In this document: positions 1 through 11,610 of the stretch, piece by piece
Layout: every line of letters starts with the position of its first letter
How positions within the stretch are numbered: position 1 is the first letter of the stretch
DNA from: Oikopleura dioica
Lineage: Eukaryota; Animalia; Chordata
Direction of reading: 5' to 3'
Assembly: GCA_907165135.1 (NCBI GenBank)
Contig: OU015568.1
Coordinates: 10,912,001-10,976,000, forward strand
Length of the DNA: 64,000 nt
Made by a program: the position numbers and the translations under genes
The notes under the pieces: model-generated
Database searches by the model: none
What the model was told of the DNA's origin: nothing
Seen by the model: only the letters and a program-made list of their open reading frames with translations

Positions 1-721
1 ATCGACAGCATCACTCTCCAGAATAACCGACAAACTGTCTACGATTAGCACCTCATCTGAGTCATTTTCTCCCTATCCGAGAGAAAACTCTGGTTTCTGC
101 ACGACGATCATTCCGCCAACACCCCGAGCTCCTCCTACATCCAGATTGCACACTTCTGATGAAGGCGACTCGGCTTTGGACAGCTTTCGAAAATCAACCA
201 TGCATTTCCTCAACGATGGCGTCCTCCACTCTAACGAAGATCTTCTGATCAAGATGGAGACATCATCGCAGACTCAGAGCGAAACAACATCGGATTCACA
301 AGAATTGCGGAACAGCATCGCTGAAGAAGAATCAGTCCAGATTACGGATGATGTGACGCTGGTTACGACCAAATACATTGATGCAACTCGTCCAGCATGC
401 AACGAAGATATCCAACCTCCGTCCAAGAAGTCACATCATCGCCTAACTCTCATGTTCCTGTCCATCATCTTCGTCGGGATTCTTCTTGCGGTAATTGTAC
501 TCCTCGCCTTTCAACTCAAGCTCCTCCAGAATGAAGTGGACCGATTCTCTTCGCTTGCCAGGCACAAACAACAGCAAGTCGACTCCCGTCAGCGCGACAT
601 TGTCTTCTTTCGTGGCCAGAATCGTAAGCTCCGCGAACAGGAAGGAGAACTCCAATCAAAACTCACTACCTGCCAGAACGAAATCTTCCTCCACGACAAA
701 GAATTTCATCCTGTCCCCTAA
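1..721 (+). CDS. 5'-truncated hypothetical protein with Ser/Thr-rich region, one TM helix and a coiled coil
   Basis: The frame of ORF 146..721 is open back to position 2, and the listed start is TTG. Hydrophobic stretch LTLMFLSIIFVGILLAVIVLLAF is followed by heptad-like LKLLQNEVDRF...LQSKLTTCQNE. It may splice onward. Confidence 0.6.
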   Translation, partial: STASLSRITDKLSTISTSSESFSPYPRENSGFCTTIIPPTPRAPPTSRLHTSDEGDSALDSFRKSTMHFLNDGVLHSNEDLLIKMETSSQTQSETTSDSQELRNSIAEEESVQITDDVTLVTTKYIDATRPACNEDIQPPSKKSHHRLTLMFLSIIFVGILLAVIVLLAFQLKLLQNEVDRFSSLARHKQQQVDSRQRDIVFFRGQNRKLREQEGELQSKLTTCQNEIFLHDKEFHPVP

Positions 722-879
722 CTTTCTTGTCTCTAGAATAATCTGCCGAATAAATAAATCATCCACGAACTCGCGTAGTTATGTCAGCAACGGATATTGA
801 TATTGAACTTACAGAGTTCGAATCATCAAATAGTACTGTCTTTGATAGCCAGGAAAAGTCTTGATCTAAAAAAAATCTA

Positions 880-2092
880 TATCAAGCAAACAATTTGTCA
901 AGATAACTGTGAGAATGAAAGTAGAACAAGTGCTGATCATAAAGACGAACCTCCACGATTAATGATCACACCGCTCCCAGTTCGTTTCGAGAATTACGAT
1001 ATTGATAAGTTTTATAAAGGTTGAAGCTATTAATCGACTCCATTACGAAAGGAATATTTTCAGCCGGCCAGCCTTCAATCGATAATCTCATAGGAACTTC
1101 GTGTCTGTACCTTTGTAGGTCTCATGTTATCGACAGTCCAGTAACACCGCATAAATTTCTGAATGAAAACCGAAACAGCTATTGTATCTTGAATGACGTC
1201 GGGCAAGGAATTTATTACTTAAAGTTCAAAGAAACAAGTTGCAGGTAGTAAGAAATTTTATTCTCACCATATTCGTTGATTTTTAGTAAAGTGCTCTGTT
1301 GTTGCATCGGAAATACCTGCACCCACATGAATATCCACCAATTTGACTGTACGGGCGAGAGAATTGCACGACTCAATCGACCGAAGAGATTCGCTTGGCC
1401 TTGGGTTCCGTTTGGCCTGAGAAGAGCTGACTTATATGCAAAGATATGGCGAAAATTTAGGCAAAAAACTTCGAGCGATTCTTTTCATATCTTTATTGAA
1501 AGTTGCTCCAGCTTCAAAATGCTTAACTACGAGATCTTTCAAGAGTAACCTTTATATTGAATCACTACAGTCTTCGCGCTAAAATTCTCCAGCGACAAAG
1601 CTTCAAAGGCTACTCCATCTACGATGCCTATGCCGACAAAAAGCACGTCTTCGAAATAATGATCAGACAGCCTTCACTCAAAGAAAAGGTCAAAAAGACG
1701 GTCAGGCTTAAGTTTACTCAGAAGTTCTGCGTCTATCTATTGCCGATGAAGAAGGTAATTGCCAGAATTACCAAGGACACGTGGAAAGACGCAGTTGAAA
1801 GTAAACTTGACGATATTTTGATGGAAAGAGACCCAGTGAAAAGATCAAATGATTTCGCGTAAGTAGTACTGTAATGTCAAATCAAAAATAAATTTTCAGG
1901 CGACAAAAGTCAATGTGCAAGCAGTTCAAAATCGCGGATCATCCGATCATGGTGATGCGAATCCACCCAGAAGCCGAGAATTTTCTGACTCCTCACGAGT
2001 ACGTTTTGCTCTGTCAAGTTCTTATTTTCATATCTGTGAACAATTTTAGAATCTTGTACTATTGACACAAAAGTGCAAGAGAATCTGCATAA
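880..2092 (+). CDS. Hypothetical multi-exon coding region, possibly the continuation of the upstream gene
   Basis: Short ORFs are separated by AT-rich intron-like gaps (e.g. gtaagtagt...ttttcag at ~1860-1899). No family recognised. Confidence 0.3.
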
Positions 2093-2154
2093 ATGAGTTC
2101 AATTTCTATTCTATCTATCCGTGTACAGCATTTAAATGAGACTAAATGAACTTA

Positions 2155-2969
2155 TCAACCTCGACCGACTTGGCCAAGGTTCGTATCAGTAATTGGATTT
2201 GCAGTGAGTTGTTGAATTTTGACTAAAGCTCTATTGGCATCAGTTTGGAGCTTTCGCAACTGTTCAATGTGTAGGAGTCTAAGGACAAGAGCTGCTTCGT
2301 TGAGTGCCTTATCGCCGAGGTCGAAACCCAGTGGAATTTTGTCTTTTGGAAGCATCCTTCCACGTAGTTTTTCGAGGTCATTTTCGCGGCTCTATAAATA
2401 AAGCTCAATGAGCAAACCTTAGATTATGCTTACCGTAACAACTGCCTCAACGACTAGCCTGCAGGCCTCTAGGCTGACAACTAGATCATCTTGGTAGACC
2501 TGTACTTGTAGTTTCTTGGCCATCTGAGCTAGTCCCTCTCTGAACTCGTGTGGGACTGCAGTTTTTCTTTGTTGATCTGGTTTGTATGTTGCATAGCTTT
2601 GATCTTCCTGATATTTCGCCTTTGAAATATTTCATAAAACATGGAAGCGCATAGTTCTAAACCTGGATAGCTTTTCCAAGTAGCCACTCAATCTGATATT
2701 TCAAATTGTCAGTAAAGGGACACTCAACATGATTCAAATAATTCTTAAAATCATTCTCCCAATCTGCAGAGTTGACTTCTTTCAAGCAGGCTCTGTCCTC
2801 TGGCCTTTAAATATAAAGTTGTAGATGAAACGACAGGAATTCAGCCTTACTTGTATGCGTTGATAAACTGTCCTTCAAGCCAGATCACAAGGCTCTTTTG
2901 TTTTGATTCTTCTTGGTAATTTCCTTCGGGATTCGGATGACCAAGGGCGTATAACTTTCGACGAAACAT
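2155..2969 (-). CDS. RTRAF: RNA transcription, translation and transport factor (C14orf166/CGI-99, RLL family; tRNA ligase complex subunit)
   Basis: N-terminus MFRRKLYALGHPNP...LVIWLE and C-terminus GFDLGDKALNEAALVLRLLHIEQLRKLQ...NPITDTNLGQVGR match RTRAF (MFRRKLTALDY...LRLLHIEELRELQ...DPKTDHRLGKVGR). Multi-exon. Confidence 0.92.
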
Positions 2970-3148
2970 ATGTCTAAAATAATTATAAAAAATATAAGTT
3001 TTCTGAAGAATCGAAAAGCCAACATAACAAAATATTGTGACAAAAAGCTCAGTGTAAAGTTCCATGGCCACCATATAGAGTTTCTTGACGAGTTGCAGTG
3101 GTATCGTTATTGACATTTGTCGTCCTTCTAAGCGTCGCTCTGTAAGGA

Positions 3149-4220
3149 TCATGGAAAAAGTGGTTTTGAATTGACTGTGTATTCGTGTAAAACTTCTCTT
3201 GAGTTCCGAGCATTTGCTCCATCACTTGTTCGTAGTCTATAAAAATTCTTCACGAACTTTACTAGCCATGTAAGCTTACGGTCATTAGAGAATGTCTTGA
3301 ATTCGAAGTCATAGGCCACGCCGACATAATCAATCTCCAATTTAAACGGTCCAGGAACATCGTCCTGAAGTCGAAAGCGGAAACCCCAGATACCTTCCAC
3401 GGCAAGATAAGTTTGATCTCGCACTTTTGCGTCTTTATGCTGCTGATAAAAATGGTAGAATGGAACTCGGATCGTCTCCCATTCGTATCCGCCTTTTGTA
3501 TGAATTGGAGTAGACCACATGGAAGTTGACTGTTCGAAAACTCGATTGCCATGGACGTCAAACTCGTATCGACGACCATCACCTCGGATGCGGAATTCGA
3601 AACAATTGTATTCGATGAGATTCAGTTTATCAGGACGACCGTAGTCTCTTTCCCACGTTTTTGTGTACAGCATCGCGAAGGATTTCCACATCGAAAGTCT
3701 TCCCCAGTCAATATCCGGAACTCTCGTATCCAAGTGACCATACCACATGACACCAGTGCCAGTTTCATTCATCGTCATCTTACACTTAGAAAAGCCCTCG
3801 ATATTCTCGTCAGTCATCATGTCCCACCACTCCAAATCATTTATATCTCGGAAAGTATACAAAATGCGTTCTCTTCTCGCAGCAGTTTCAGAGAACAGTT
3901 TCTGATTCACAAATTTGGCTTTAGTTTTTCCCGATGGATCGATGTTGTTCTTCGCCCAGGCGAGTGAGCCTCGCTCTCGATTATAAAGCATCGAAAAGCC
4001 AACAGAGTTCCAATCGAATCCACTGGACTTCACTGTCAACCATAATTCAAAGGAAAGGAACCTACCTCTGTTTTGCCCTTTCTGCTTTTTGATACTTAAT
4101 ATAAGCGCCCAACTCTTCTGGTGGCAGTGACTTTTCAAAATGCTTCTGCTCCTTTGTCTTTTGCCCGCCATATTTGACCGAGTTTCGAATTGCCCGAAAT
4201 ACGTCCGTGACTCGTTGCAT
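3149..4220 (-). CDS. NDUFAF1: Complex I intermediate-associated protein 30 (CIA30 domain)
   Basis: FEFRIRGDGRRY, IHTKGGYEWETIRVPF and GFRFRLQDDVPGPFKLEIDYVG are CIA30 motifs. The start is uncertain (ATG at 4220 or 4171). Confidence 0.85.
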
Positions 4221-4327
4221 TCTGATTCAAAGAAAGTATGAATACGATTGTATTTTCTACTTGGAATTTTGAATTTGAACTATACTTTATTTTGAATAGA
4301 TGCAGAGATATAAAAATAGAAAAGTTT

Positions 4328-6236
4328 TTAAGTCCGCAAATGAGCAAAAATATCGACTTGATCCGGCCGATCGCTCCAGACATCCCCTTCACCGTATGAA
4401 TCGTCATAGTCGCTCCAGTTGTCCTCGTCACTATCTCCAGAGTACTCAATGTGTCTTGAATCGCCGACGAAATGAGTAGTTATGCTTTTAAGAGAAAGAC
4501 CGAAGAAACGACGCGGTCTGAGATCATTGTCTACTGCTACGAATTCCCAGCCGATATGATTGTAGCATGTCGAGCACACGATCACTTGCCAAGAATATCC
4601 GGGAAACCAGCTGAAAAATTGTTTGTTAATTTTTTGTTTATATAATATATTATATTAGTATCAGTAATAAAATGTTTACCTGTATTCTTCAGAAGGTGGT
4701 CCTTGATATTGTATATTTGACTGGTAGCATTCTCGCAGGGTCATCATATGATGTGCATATCCATGCGGGTTCACATAATTTCCACTGACGCCACTGGAAC
4801 TCATGACGAAAACATATTTTTTGCTTGAAAGACGATTTTGACATCTTTGGCAACCAAGGAAAACCGAAAAATTATTGAGGTGTTGCTCGAGAAGCTACAA
4901 AAAATGAAATTTCCATTGAAATTGACGATTTTACCTCTAAACGAGCTTGAGGAGAATGTTGGGCAAGGTAGGTAATTTTGAATTCACGATTAGCTGGAAC
5001 TTGCTGAGCCGCCCAGTAAGAGAGTTCTCTGGGGTTTGTTGGAATTAGCTGCTTGTTGTTTTCTGAATCATTCGGTAACTTGCACCAATCTTGAAGCCAT
5101 TTGACGATTCGTTGTTGACGCTGGAAAGGGTCCATTTTGTCGATGAGGTGCCGCGGAAGACGAGTAGTGGGATAGAGAAGACTCTGTAGATAAGGTTTCG
5201 TGTGATTTCCGAGTGTTAGACGAGCTTTATGTTTATTCTGAACGGAACCAAAAGGAGCGGAAGAGTTTACTTCAGGCAAAATGCGCACTTGGGCCATCGT
5301 GTATCCGACTTCGTCGGCATCGTAGCTTTCTCCATGACGAACCGAGCTCCAGGTCTTTTGAACAACGAAACGCTGGAGACACTCAGCGACTACAGAAACG
5401 TGGAAATTCTGGCGATCATCGGGAGATTCTTCTGTCTTGTGGCGGACGCGCATTGAACATCCTATGCAGATTTTTCCTGTGGTTTGATTCGGTTCATAGA
5501 CTGGGATATCTTTGGAGTCGATTTCGGAGATGTCGATGAAGTAACCCATCAACTTTGAGTCGCTCTAAAATTTTGACTGAAAGAGAGAATCCAACTAATT
5601 ACAAGACTTACTTTCAAGACAGCGCTCAGTAAGGCTTTTGTGGAAGGATAAACAGCATTGATCGGTACATCTTGACCAGGAAAAAGGACTAAATCCTGTG
5701 GACCATACGTCATAACCGGCAAAGTGATAATTTCATTTGCCGGGAAAAGCGTCTTTCTGGCAAAAACATCTTCCGATACCGATAAATACTTGTGCTTCGC
5801 CGCGATCGCCCAGTCAAAGTTATTCGTTTCGTTGTCTGAATTTCTCATTTGAGGAACTTGATTCTCTCGGAGGAAGACATAAAATCAAACGCTCAAATAA
5901 ACGAGTGTATCATGGATTTACCTGAATCATCAGAATTCCTCGATGTTGGCTCTGTGTTGTGCCTTGCGCGACGCACGCGCTGCCTTCGGGGTCTTTGCTG
6001 GGTGCCCGAAGAAGTTCGCTGTCTGAACTCCGAAAGCCTGGCGCGATTTCCTAAGAGAGGAGCTTACACCTCACGTATCACATTTATTTTCGACAATTAC
6101 CTAACACCACTCCAGATCGTTCAATTCTCGCGATTCCATGCATGTTCTCAAACATTCGCTCGACGACAGCGCGAAAATTCTCTGGGTTGTAATCTTCTTC
6201 ATCTTCATTAGGATCGAAGTTAAGATCTTCCGACAT
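4328..6236 (-). CDS. CRBN: Cereblon (LON-N domain + CULT thalidomide-binding domain)
   Basis: NFDWAIAAKHKYL, LVLFPGQDVP, zinc ligands CQRC/CSTC, YVNPHGY, and spliced [27 protein letters not shown] with all three cage Trp residues. Start MSEDLNF at 6236. Confidence 0.92.
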
Positions 6237-6245
6237 CAATTAAGT

Positions 6246-6911
6246 CTAAAAATGATAATTTATAACTCCAAAAAAGTACTCTTTGGAAATATTCAAAAAG
6301 TTAAGACGTTGAGGTCGATTGTTCCAGTAATCAAGCTTTTCCTGCCAAAAGTCTTCGTTAAAATTTGACTCAATAGAATAGCGTTCTTTTATTGTTCGAA
6401 GTTCGCGGATATTCTCTCGTTGAGCTGGATCTTTGTACTTTGATAACGTAGATAACGCCTTGCATTCGAAACGCCATTCAAATTCAAGCTCGTTTTCTCG
6501 CCAATATTTTTCAATGACATCGTCGGGCAGGTAGAATTTCGAGCCGTGCTTAGCCGCAATATATTCGTATTGAAACTTGTAGAAGCCTTCTGGCATCTTT
6601 TTTGAAAGCAGGTAGTTGTCGCCCCACATTTCCATAAAACCTGTCGATAAGAATAAGGGAAGACCTAGGCATCGTTAGAATAAAGACGGAATAATCCACA
6701 AAGACTCACCGATTTTTCTAAGACGACTTAAATGAAGCGCGTTGTTCATTCTATTAGCACTACGCATCTTCATCACTGTTGTTAAAACTAATGGCATAAC
6801 AGCAGCTGGGTACAAGCAAGCTCTCCAAATCCCAACGTCTCTTTTCGTCGCTCTTTCTTCCGATGATTTTGGCGGTGATGCGAGTTCAGCTCTTGAAGGA
6901 GTTCTTAGCAT
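6246..6911 (-). CDS. Hypothetical two-exon protein
   Basis: ATG at 6911. ORFs 6675..6911 and 6246..6635 are joinable across a gtgagt...gacag intron. No family recognised. Confidence 0.55.
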
Positions 6912-7192
6912 TCTATATAATGAGCGTTGAAGTAAGCATTCGAAAAAATAGAATTATTAAGAACATTTTTTAGGTCCATGGAGTTTACAGAATTGCAGAG
7001 TCAGAATTGGGTGATTTCGATTCGGGATTTTTGGATTTCTTATCTTTTGGCAAAATTTTGTCCTTCCATCCTTTGAGCTTTGCTTTTGGAGAAAAAGACT
7101 TTTGCGGATCGGACGGGGTGTGAGGAGTACTGTGAACTGGATGCTGTATTCTTCTGAATATTTTTGTTATCCTCTTGGCTTAGAAAAAATTA

Positions 7193-10100
7193 TTACTTTT
7201 CTGGTGGAAACATGGGTCTAACGGACTTTGGAGTTCGGGAGTAGCCCTCACGGGAATCCGAGCCGCTTCGGTGACTCCTTGAACCCGAACTCCTTCGAGC
7301 AGACCGGCGACCTCGGGGAATTCGCGTTGGCGTGATCATAGCTCCACTTTCTGACGCGGCTTTCGACGGTTTTCTGAAAACATAATCAGATATTGAAAAC
7401 ATAGAAGGCTCCTTACTTTGATTTACTGGGAGAAACGATTGGAAGAGACCCAGTACTGAAGGCTGGAGCTGGTTTCTTTGGACTACGCTGAACTGGTGGA
7501 TCGAAATAAGGCGGATCTATCGGAGAAATGACATCGCCAGTACGAGATTCGGAGTTTTTAGGCATTCCAAGTTCTGCTAACTCGTCGAGATCGATCGAAG
7601 ACCCGTCTTCTAAAACGAAACTTAAGAAATAAAATAATAAAATCATTACCATTTGAATCAACAAGGCTTGTGTTGCTCGAGGTTCTGGAATGTCCTTGAT
7701 GTGGCGTGTCCTCTACCATCGGAAAAACCTTCACTTGGTCGGTGTTTTCGATTACTGCGTTGCTTAGTGGGATATTGCCCGGCTGAGATTGCATGGGCGG
7801 TTGAAAGAAAAGTGCAGGAGGCGCTGATGTTTCTTCCTTGACAGGCGGAGTTTGGCTGCTCATTACGTTGTTCGTTATTTTCATAGAGTTCATGTCCCTG
7901 GTGACTCCTGAAAGACCGCTTTCGATGGTTATATTGGAGAACGAAGTCCTAGTCGAGAGATTTGCAGGAGTTCCCTCTATAAGAAAAGTTAGAAATTGAA
8001 GAAAAATGTGGTCAAACCTGTATTGAAGGCTTTGGGGGCGTCGTCCATACAGGATGATCCAACGGCTGCGTACATAAATGGCGGAGCAGAATTCACAGAT
8101 GTTGGGGCACTGGTGAAAATCGGCGGAGTCTGATGCGACGAAGATCCTGTGTCTGTGGATGGGCGCACTCCAGAAGACACTGGTTCATTTTGCGAGATTA
8201 CAGCCGGTGCTTCGTTCACTTTCTTATCGATGTATTTTATGACGTCGATATTGGGATCGAGTGTTGAACGAGTTTTTGCCGATTGCTTCATTTTTGGCTT
8301 GTTTTTCTTCGGCGCTCCGAGACTGTACAGATCTTTCATAAAACTATCTTCTTCATATTCTTCGTCGCCAGAACCTTCTTCTCGATCAATGACTGTATTG
8401 TCGTGATGATCCCAGAAGCTTTTTCTCCATCTAGAGTTTCATCGTGCTCCCGTAGAGGCTGCTCTTTAGATTTGGCGGAGCCCTTGCTGATTTCCGATTT
8501 GGAATCAATTGTCAAATCAGACAGTTTTGAGCGCGGAGACATTGATCCTTCGTCATTGAATGCTACAGGGCCGTCATCCATATCAGCGCTTCCAAAATTT
8601 GCGGTTGGAAAAGGAAACGGTTGATAAGACATGTTTTGTTGCGGATAAGACATATTCGTGTTGTAAAATGGCTGCTGTGAAGGTTGCGAAACGGCGAATG
8701 GAATGGGCTGACTTGATTGCGGCTGCGCAGAATTGGGAAACATGGGTTGTGAAGTTGGTGCGGGGAATGTATTCGTCTTTGGAGCCTGCGAGTGTGAAGG
8801 GAAAGTGTTTTGAGATAGGGGCATCGGTGCTGGATTTGCATACAATGGAGGCTTTGATATTGTCGGAGGGTAAAGAGGCTTGCCAAACGATGGTGGTGGG
8901 TTTTGAGAGTTCGCGGACTCGGCCCGTGCTGCTTGTTCGCGTTCAAGGTTGATCCTCTCGATGTGCTGGCCAGGAGAGTCTGGAATATCAGAAGGACTAA
9001 CTTGGCCAGACGCTAATCTTGAGCCCGGCTCAGAATCAGATGCGTTCGCTGGCATTTCAACTGATTCAATTGAACTTGCTGAAGCTGGAGAATGTCGAGA
9101 GAACATGAGCGGAGTGTCTTGACAATACGCTGGCGTTCTTGCTCCAGATTGCAGACCTGAAGCCATCCCGGAAGTGTAGCCAGACACCATTCCAGATTGT
9201 GTAGTTGAACTTTTCCCAGACATTTTCTTATCATCCTTCGGCGTTGCATGCGATTCTAGTGTCGGTGAACGTCGTAATTTTGGAGAAATACTTGCCCCGT
9301 GATTTGGCGTATTTTCAACGTTGTAAACTTTCGGCTGGTCTTGATTGATTTTAGTGTAGTCGAAAGGCGAGTCCGCTTTATCAGATTCGGTTGGGCGGGG
9401 ATACAACGGATTTTTAGGCAGATCGGTGTAGATTGGCTGATAAGAAGGGAAGGGATTTTGCTTTTGGTTGCTTTGTTGCGTAAAATCATAAGGTCGATCG
9501 TGATCATCAGAGTAATAATTTGGCGCATTCGTTGGATGGATGTGCTGCTGATGGTGCGCTTTCATCGTTTGCGGAGCGTACGGCGCGTGCTGCATGCTAT
9601 TTGGCGGATTTGCCATTTTCCACTGGAAGCCAACATCGTTTGGAGCTTTCTTTGACTCAAGCTTGTGGTACACATCGCTTGCTTCTGCCACAATCTGCTG
9701 ATTCGAATGGTTCAAGAGTTGTCGCAAATAGAGGTCTCTTCTGTCTTTTATCAAAATTTCTGCGCCACGCTCAGATGTTACTAGAATCTTGAAGATTCTT
9801 AGACAGTGCCTGACTGTCGTATCGGAACCCTTTGTTAGTTTGAGGAGCGTTTGAACACAAGGCTCTAGAATTCCTGGATCGACGTGTCTTTGGGGGACGC
9901 AGTTGGCAAGAATACCCGTGAGTCCTTCTGAATCGTTCGATGGTGCGTCCAGAGAAGCAACGATGCTCTGAAGAAAGCCAATATCGCTTGAAAGAGATGA
10001 TGCAACTGTAGCTGAAGCAGAGGCAGTCCATAGAGCAAAAGAGAGCGCTTCTTTGACGTTTCTTCTTCCAGTTGACCTTCTTGCTTCCTTCAAAGCATGG

Positions 10101-11053
10101 GCGAGGGAGAGAGGAAGACCAGGAGCTCCAGAAAAGTGCGTATTCTTAACAAAAGTCGAAATTAGAACGAGAAGTTGATGCTCTGGCTCAACGGGTTTGA
10201 TTTTCTGAGAAATGACATCAGCCAGATGCGATAAGAGAGCACTAGAAGACGAGACGTAGGTTTTCGTATCGGAGCAGCCGACCATTAGATTCGTGAGGAT
10301 TGTGAGCGAGGATATAAAAAGCTGCTTGGAAAAGGAATAAGCTGAGCAAGTGGCGCCAGGAGCGATGAGAAATAGAAGACATCCGAGAGTTCCAATATCA
10401 GCTTTTAAAAGATTCGAAAAAATTGTTGTTATATTTTTATTATAAAATGAGTCAAAAGGCTTTTTCGAGCCATTCCTAAAAGTGGCCCAAAGCCAGCAGA
10501 ACGCATCGCGTCTCTTCCTTCTTTCGTTGAACTAAGAGACTGCAGTTGAGTGAACATCGGCGGCAGACTCCCCTGTATGTACGAGTCTGGAATCTGCTTG
10601 ATCAAGTAGCCATTGAAAAGCTCTTGCTGAAAGTAGCGTAGCTGGAGCAGCACTTCAGCGAGCTTCGGAGAAGGAGGTCGAAGATCGAGGAGAAGTTTCG
10701 CAAATTGGTCGCGTTCCCGTTTTTCAGCATGGCGATCATCTTGCGTTTTGTTCGTGTGGCAGTTGATTCCTGAAAAATTGTAACTAACCGTAATTTTTTG
10801 TAAAAGCAAATATGCAAAAAGTGCTCTAGAAAAAAGGAAACGCGGGGTATTTACCTGTAATAGAAATTCTTGTCGTGGCTCGTATTGCAAGGAGCTTATC
10901 GATCCCAAAAGACGCAAGAATCTCCTTCGATCCTGGCAATCCCAAACATTCCTGTAGAATCGGAGTGAAATGACCAGTCTTGTGAAGAATTTGAGGGTCC
11001 ATCATCGGCATGAACCGGAGAAGAATGTCGAAACGAGTATCCAGATTCTCCAT
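7193..11053 (-). CDS. APC: Adenomatous polyposis coli-like protein (Armadillo repeats, 15-aa and 20-aa repeats, SAMP-like motifs)
   Basis: Arm repeats (LTILTNLMVGCSDTK, LSFALW, TGILANC, CVQTLL). 15-aa-like DRPYDFT and DSPFDYT. 20-aa repeats YCQDTPLMFSRHS and spliced FNTEGTPANLSTRTSFSNITIES (human YCVEGTPINFSTATSLSDLTIES). SGQVSPSDIPDSPGQ (human SGIISPSDLPDSPGQ). A frame switch near 8420 is needed. Confidence 0.88.
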
Positions 11054-11362
11054 TTTTTAAATTTTATTCACTTCTATCGCTCAAGAAATTTAATTTTCAT
11101 TTTCTCTTTTTTTTTTGCTATTTCCGCGGGAAGAAAAATTGCCGTTTCTAGATTCTCATTTGCCGCCGCGTTTTTCGATTGGCTCTTTTCGCTTTCGATC
11201 GGACAGTCGCGATAACAGTCTTTCCCTACTGTATAAAATCAAAAAATAATTCGATCAGAGGAACCAGAAAAGAAATAATGAGCAAAATGAGTCAGACTCG
11301 TCTTCCCAGCGATTTATAAAGTACTTTATTGATAGATTATCCATTCTGGGCCTCCTCCAGCT

Positions 11363-11434
11363 GGCTCGTTGGTCTAGGGGTATGATACTCGCTTAGGGTG
11401 CGAGTGGTCCCGGGTTCAAATCCCGGACGAGCCC
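11363..11434 (+). tRNA. tRNA-Pro(AGG)
   Basis: GGCTCGTTGGTCTAGGGGTATGATACTCGCTTAGGGTGCGAGTGGTCCCGGGTTCAAATCCCGGACGAGCCC; cloverleaf, anticodon AGG, nearly identical to metazoan tRNA-Pro. Confidence 0.98.
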
Positions 11435-11437
11435 TAC

Positions 11438-11442
11438 TTTTT
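11438..11442 (+). terminator. RNA polymerase III terminator (T5)
   Basis: TTTTT 3 nt after the end of the tRNA. Confidence 0.75.
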
Positions 11443-11610
11443 CGCAATTTTCTTTTTTTGCCCGCGCTGCGGGCGAATCAGAATTTTCGCTCTCCAATCT
11501 TTTTTAACGCTCGTTCTCGCAAAAAAAGGGATTACGGCCGATTTTATCTAAGATGATTTTTGTCTGAACATAGAGAACAAAAATAGAACAAAAGAAGGAA
11601 ATAGAAAACG

